40,935 nt of DNA from Nitrososphaerales archaeon (GTDB lineage: Archaea > Thermoproteota > Nitrososphaeria > Nitrososphaerales > JACAEJ01), in assembly GCA_049699795.1 (NCBI GenBank), contig JBNAWJ010000023.1, positions 1 through 40,935 of the forward strand, in the 5' to 3' direction. Of the stretch, positions 36,643 to 40,935 are shown piece after piece. Position 1 is the first letter of the stretch; every line of letters starts with the position of its first letter. The notes under the pieces are model-generated. The model was not told the DNA's origin and searched no databases. It saw only the letters and a list, made by a program, of their open reading frames with translations. A program made the translations under genes and the position numbers.

Positions 36643-38081
36643 CTCTTTTCTTTTTCATAAGGCTTTGGGTCTCTCGTTGGCATAAAAAGCTGTAACTTTT
36701 CCATAGAAGGCGGATCAGTCAAGTAAGAAACTACTACTAGAGCTATAAAAGATGCAAGAACTCCTATGAACGTTGGTTCTAGTAAAGTCGGTTGTAGCAA
36801 CAATGGATCTACTCCTAACAAAGGAAGAGCTAGGAAAGCCCACAAGACTGCTACACTGGACCCTATGAGAGAAGAGGCAAAGGCTCCTGCTGCTGTTGCT
36901 CGCTTCCAATAGAAGGCTGCTAGGACTGTAACAAATGTTGCTGGTATCATTATGCGAAAGGTAAGCTCTACCAACAAGATTATGTTTTGAAAGATGGCTG
37001 CTAAAACAAACCCTGCACTTCCCATTATGGCGCTTATCGCTCTTATCCTGTTCATACTCATCTTCAATTTTGGCCAGATGCCCCTTATGAGTAGAGTCGC
37101 AGCTACGATCTGAAAGATCACTACAGCTATCGCGCTTCCACTGAGCAAAGCTACTGCTACAAGTCCAGAAAGTCCGGTATCTAGATTGGTTAAAGCAACG
37201 AATGGGGCTGCTGCTTCTGGCGGTATACCTGGGAATTGTACTGAGGCGAACATGCCTATAATGGCTGCTGCCATTCCTACAATTATTATCAAAATACCCG
37301 CGAAGACCAATCCTATCCTTGCAGTGCGAACACTCTTGGCTGCGAATAGCATCTGATAGATATCAGCTGCTACCCAGAAGCTCAGAGTCATGAGCCAGAA
37401 GAAGGACCATATGGACAAAAGACCCACGTCTGAAAATAGATTCAATTTATCTGGCGAGAGCGTTGTGACAACTTTCTCCCATCCACCTGCTCCAGACAAG
37501 GCAGTGGGTATAAGAATTGCTAACCCAGCTACAAGAACAAGGAACTTGACTATATTGGTTATTGCAGATGCCCATATTCCTCCCAAGGCTGTATATGTGA
37601 TGAAGGGTATGGCTATTATTAGCATGGCTATGACAAGAGGAATGTTAAAGAAGGCATTCAAAACGAGTCCACCTCCCACAAAGCCTATGCTAAGAAGAGT
37701 TATGTATGCAAAAACGCCTAATATTGTAATCAGAACACGACAACGAGAATCATACCTTAGCTCATAAATGTCTGTTATGGCATACTGCGCCAAGACTCTT
37801 AATCTTCCAGCTATTGTAAAGAATAGTATCCATGCTCCAATGCCCAGCATTATGAAGAACCAAGCTCCAGAAAGACCAAACAAGTATCCAAGACCGCTCA
37901 CACCTAGAGTAGCGCTGGAGATCATGGCAGCAAGGGTCAAAGCAATGTATAGAGCGTTGAACTTTCTTCCAGCAATTAGATAATCATCATAAGCTCCAGA
38001 GCGTTTATACATAGTTATTCCTACGATGAACATTAATGCTATGTATGCAAAGACTATCGCCCAATCTATAATTGTTATCAT
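36639..38081 (-). CDS. Sodium:solute symporter family (SSF) transporter
   Basis: 480 aa polytopic membrane protein. The N-terminal YLIAGRK motif is typical of the SSF family. Confidence 0.7.
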   Translation of the reverse strand: MITIIDWAIVFAYIALMFIVGITMYKRSGAYDDYLIAGRKFNALYIALTLAAMISSATLGVSGLGYLFGLSGAWFFIMLGIGAWILFFTIAGRLRVLAQYAITDIYELRYDSRCRVLITILGVFAYITLLSIGFVGGGLVLNAFFNIPLVIAMLIIAIPFITYTALGGIWASAITNIVKFLVLVAGLAILIPTALSGAGGWEKVVTTLSPDKLNLFSDVGLLSIWSFFWLMTLSFWVAADIYQMLFAAKSVRTARIGLVFAGILIIIVGMAAAIIGMFASVQFPGIPPEAAAPFVALTNLDTGLSGLVAVALLSGSAIAVVIFQIVAATLLIRGIWPKLKMSMNRIRAISAIMGSAGFVLAAIFQNIILLVELTFRIMIPATFVTVLAAFYWKRATAAGAFASSLIGSSVAVLWAFLALPLLGVDPLLLQPTLLEPTFIGVLASFIALVVVSYLTDPPSMEKLQLFMPTRDPKPYEKEKS

Positions 38082-38175
38082 TTCGCATCTTTATTATGGA
38101 CGATAATTTGACCATATAAGTGTTAATTATTGCACTACAATTGTATTACAAAATTTATTTTTGAGTAATTATGAT

Positions 38176-38299
38176 AATTATTGCTTTATGGCTTAATCCT
38201 TGAATCTTGCTGTAATTATGTTAAGATTTTTCGGCTCAATCATGGATATGGCGCAAGAAATTAACATGAATTCTTCAATTAAGCCATAAAGCAATAATT
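38176..38299 (+). repeat. Copy C of the intergenic hairpin/TIR element (22-bp perfect inverted termini, 80-nt interior)
   Basis: AATTATTGCTTTATGGCTTAAT (38176-38197) and ATTAAGCCATAAAGCAATAATT (38278-38299). Same terminal motif as copies A and B, with a paired G>A / C>T change. Confidence 0.85.
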
Positions 38300-38311
38300 T
38301 ATCCATTGCTT

Positions 38312-39199
38312 TCAGTAACCTTTATTCTTTTTACTTATATGCAATTTGTGCTTCTCTTCATCTTCTATCTGTATAGTGCTATGAACTACTTTAAACCTTT
38401 CTTTAAGAATTTTCCTTGCCTCTTCTAAGATACAACACCATTCTTCAGGTCTATTTATAGTTAGATGGACACTTATTGAATATATCCCAGAAGTTATCGT
38501 CCATAAATGTAAATGATGAACCCCTTTAACGCCTTCTATGCTCAACAAAGCCTTTTCAACTTCTTTGGGAGATATTTGCTCTGGCGCACTCTCCATAAGT
38601 ATGTTCACGCTCCCCTTCAATAGTCTGTAGATGGTAGGTATCATGATAAGTCCTATGGCTACACTTGCTATAGGATCGGCAACTCTTAATCCTGTCAGAA
38701 AGATTACTGCTCCAGAAGTAATGGCTCCTATAGAACCTAAGGCATCCATGATCACGTGAAGAAAGGCTGATCTAAGGTTAAGGTTCTCCCTCGATGAATT
38801 CCATAGTATCCTAGCCCCTATCAAGTTCACGGCTAAGCCTACAGTAGCTATTATCAGCATCTCTAGACCTAGAACTTGTGGTGGATAAAGGAAACGCTTG
38901 TACGCCTCGAAGAATATGTATGCTACCAATGCCATTAGTATGACACCATTTAATAGAGCTACAAGTATCTCGATGCGATAATAACCAAAGGACTTTTCAG
39001 GGGTAGGTGGCTTCATAGCGTAGAGGCTAGCAAAAAAGCACATAGATAATCCTCCGACATCGGATAGCATGTGAACAGCGTCAGACATCAAAGCTAGGCT
39101 ATTGGTCAAAATGCTTCCTATGATCTCAATCACCATATATGAAGAAGTGAGGATAAGAACAATCCCTAGCCTTAACCTGCTCTCAGCATTAATGGACAT
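38312..39199 (-). CDS. Cation diffusion facilitator (CzcD/ZitB-like) metal efflux transporter
   Basis: Six TM segments, HMLSD and HVIMDALGS motifs, and a C-terminal cytoplasmic domain (HHLHLW). Confidence 0.85.
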   Translation of the reverse strand: MSINAESRLRLGIVLILTSSYMVIEIIGSILTNSLALMSDAVHMLSDVGGLSMCFFASLYAMKPPTPEKSFGYYRIEILVALLNGVILMALVAYIFFEAYKRFLYPPQVLGLEMLIIATVGLAVNLIGARILWNSSRENLNLRSAFLHVIMDALGSIGAITSGAVIFLTGLRVADPIASVAIGLIMIPTIYRLLKGSVNILMESAPEQISPKEVEKALLSIEGVKGVHHLHLWTITSGIYSISVHLTINRPEEWCCILEEARKILKERFKVVHSTIQIEDEEKHKLHISKKNKGY

Positions 39200-39283
39200 T
39201 TAGCTATATCAACACTCGTCTAAAGCTTTTAGTATAAAAATATACCATTAGAAATCAGATTAATTCTATCTTGATCAGTTCTA

Positions 39284-40123
39284 TTAAATCTTTCTTATGA
39301 ACTCTGCAAGTCTTACAACCTGCAGTGTGGAAATTACATCGTGGGTGCGTATCAGATGAGCACTATTGTAAACGGCTATAGCTGTTGCTGATAGAGAGCC
39401 AAAAAGCCTATCTTCAGGCTCTTTTTGGTTCAATATCTTCCCTATGAAGGATTTTCTCGATACTGCTATGCAAATAGGCTTATTGAGTTCACGAAGTTTT
39501 TCCAGATTTTTTATTACATAGCAGTCCCAAACTTGCCATGGAATATTTGCATCGCGAATAAAGCCTATTGCAGGATCTATTACTATCTTCTCATTGTCTA
39601 TCCCAGCCTTTCTAGCAATATTCAAACTTTCTTTCAAAGCCATGTTGATTTTTTCCATAGGGTTTCCTTGATCATGTTTTATTGCATGAGCAGCAATTAC
39701 AAGGCTAGCATCATAATCAGAAACTATTCTTGCCATATTCTCGTCTCCCTTTAAACCATAAACATCGTTGACGATATTTGCTCCAGCCTTTATGGCTGCT
39801 TCTGCAGACTTGCTTCTTGTTGTATCAACAGATATTGGTAATGAAACAGTCTCCTTTACTACTTTAATAGCCATGGATAATCTCTCGATCTCTTCTTCTA
39901 TGGATATTTCTGTCTTCAAGTATGGCGCTGTCGACATGGCTCCGATGTCTATTATATCTGCCCCTTCTTCCTCCATCTTTTTTGCTAAATTTGCTATCTC
40001 ATTAGGAGACTTTCTTACCGATCCTTTGTAGAAAGATTCAGGACTTACGTTTATTACTCCCATTATTCGAACAGGATGCTCATCACCGATCTTTACTCCA
40101 GCCAAATCCGAGAAAATCGCCAT
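39284..40123 (-). CDS. folP: Dihydropteroate synthase-type pterin-binding protein
   Basis: IMGVINVSPESFYKGS, DIIDIGAMST, SVDT, NDV, DPAIGF and SRKSFIG motifs. Confidence 0.8.
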   Translation of the reverse strand: MAIFSDLAGVKIGDEHPVRIMGVINVSPESFYKGSVRKSPNEIANLAKKMEEEGADIIDIGAMSTAPYLKTEISIEEEIERLSMAIKVVKETVSLPISVDTTRSKSAEAAIKAGANIVNDVYGLKGDENMARIVSDYDASLVIAAHAIKHDQGNPMEKINMALKESLNIARKAGIDNEKIVIDPAIGFIRDANIPWQVWDCYVIKNLEKLRELNKPICIAVSRKSFIGKILNQKEPEDRLFGSLSATAIAVYNSAHLIRTHDVISTLQVVRLAEFIRKI

Positions 40124-40290
40124 AAGAAAGATTTTATTGCATAAAGTTTAATCTTTTCCTTTCCACAAAGATCCCCCATATTTTTACGTTACTTATAACA
40201 TATGTGTAATTATTTGCTTAAATTATTAACCTTGTCCATAAGTGATAAGCGTATTCTTTCGTATTTAAATACTTGTAATATGTATACGTT

Positions 40291-40935
40291 ATGAATATGT
40301 TAGAACCTAAGGAGGTTGTTAACAATTTGTTCAAGAAACATAATAGGGAAAAACCTCCAAGAGCATCTAGCATCGTATTGACTTTCGTAATCCTTACGGG
40401 GCTCTTCATAACCCCTATGCTTGGATTAACCGTCAATTTAGGTAATTTATCAGATGGATTGTTGATTAAATTCAAGCCTGGAGTTAGTGAAGAGTATAAG
40501 GAAAGCCTCCTAGCTTCATTGGGGCTTGGAATAGAAGACGAAATTCCTCAGATTCAGGTCCTTAAAGTCTCTGCTTCACAAGGGTCTTTACAATGCATTA
40601 AATCAGAATTATTGAGCAATCCTTTGATAGATTTTGTAGAAGAAGACTTTAAAATACCTCCCTCCATAATTCCTAACGATCAATATTATCCATCTGAGTG
40701 GCATTTGGAAAAGATTTCGGCTCCACAAGCATGGGACATTTCAAAAGGAGATAATGTTATAATAGCTGTTCTTGATAGTGGAGTTGATCCTAACCATCCC
40801 GATTTGTCATCGAAATTACTTCAAGGATACAACTTCTACGATAACAACTACAATACTACCGATGTTTATGGTCATGGAACAAAGGTTGCAGGAGTTGCTG
40901 CAGCGTTGACGAACAATGCTATCGGTGTCTCATCC
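40291..40935 (+). CDS. Subtilisin-like serine protease (S8), 5' partial: membrane anchor or signal, I9-like propeptide and the start of the catalytic domain. It runs off the window.
   Basis: My translation, open to the window end in 215 codons: MNMLEPKE ... hydrophobic IVLTFVILTGLFITPMLGL ... catalytic Asp in AVLDSGVD and His in HGTKVAG. Absent from the ORF track because there is no stop. Confidence 0.85.
   Translation, partial: MNMLEPKEVVNNLFKKHNREKPPRASSIVLTFVILTGLFITPMLGLTVNLGNLSDGLLIKFKPGVSEEYKESLLASLGLGIEDEIPQIQVLKVSASQGSLQCIKSELLSNPLIDFVEEDFKIPPSIIPNDQYYPSEWHLEKISAPQAWDISKGDNVIIAVLDSGVDPNHPDLSSKLLQGYNFYDNNYNTTDVYGHGTKVAGVAAALTNNAIGVSS

Noticed and set aside
35783-37983. ORFs 35783..36040 (+), 36715..36909 (-, alternative frame), 37390..37767 (+) and 37768..37983 (+)
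   Set aside because: They are antisense or alternative frames within cobT and the SSF transporter.
39425-40031. Plus-strand ORFs 39425..39754 and 39768..40031
   Set aside because: They are antisense within the dihydropteroate synthase-type gene.
40124-40290. TIR-like fragments TTATTGCATAAAGTTTAAT and CCACAAAG upstream of the S8 gene
   Set aside because: They share only 7-8 nt with the repeat terminus and have no inverted partner. This fits chance in AT-rich promoter DNA.
40218-40475. Minus-strand 85-aa ORF
   Set aside because: It overlaps the 5' end of the plus-strand S8 protease ORF, which has unambiguous subtilase motifs. The minus frame has none.
1-40935. Search by eye for tRNA, rRNA, CRISPR arrays, C/D-box or H/ACA sRNAs, transposases and integrases
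   Set aside because: I found no GC-rich cloverleaf candidates, no T-loop GTTCRAAT motifs in intergenic DNA, no regularly spaced direct repeats and no mobility genes. Covariance-model tools (tRNAscan-SE, Infernal) are needed to exclude small RNAs properly.

Overview
AT-rich chromosomal segment that looks archaeal. Evidence: PurP, Tsr3, Nob1, Fap7, PAC2 chaperones, a GPN-loop GTPase, Trm-G10, an archaeal-type CobT and an Elf1-like zinc ribbon; many genes have GGAGG-type Shine-Dalgarno sites. A TACK/Bathyarchaeia-like origin is only a guess. I call about 45 protein genes and found no rRNA, tRNA or CRISPR array by eye. Main blocks: (1) a bacterial-type grpE-dnaK-dnaJ locus with a palindromic candidate operator; (2) ppsA, tsr3, an ICMT-like methyltransferase, nfo, moaE and nob1; (3) an HTH-phosphoribosyltransferase regulator followed by a tightly coupled nine-gene purine operon, purS-Q-L-F-D-E-C-M-P, with unusually long PurD and PurP; (4) a Nudix/CinA-like pair, two PAC2 paralogs, a GPN GTPase, cobA, an RHH-PurM-like fusion, an ADP-ribosylglycohydrolase and two radical SAM genes; (5) prs, trm11, an HTH regulator, a coupled symporter/cobT pair, a CDF transporter, folP and a truncated S8 protease. 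The most unusual signal is non-coding. A family of about 115-145 bp intergenic elements is closed by a conserved 17-22 bp inverted repeat (ATTGCTTTRTGGCTTAAT ... ATTAAGCCAYAAAGCAAT). Three copies are present: 1-52 (cut by the window edge), 23609-23749 and 38176-38299. A paired substitution keeps the stem perfect between copies. I could not assign the family to any RNA or IS family from memory. All functional calls rest on motif recognition by eye and need HMM or BLAST confirmation.
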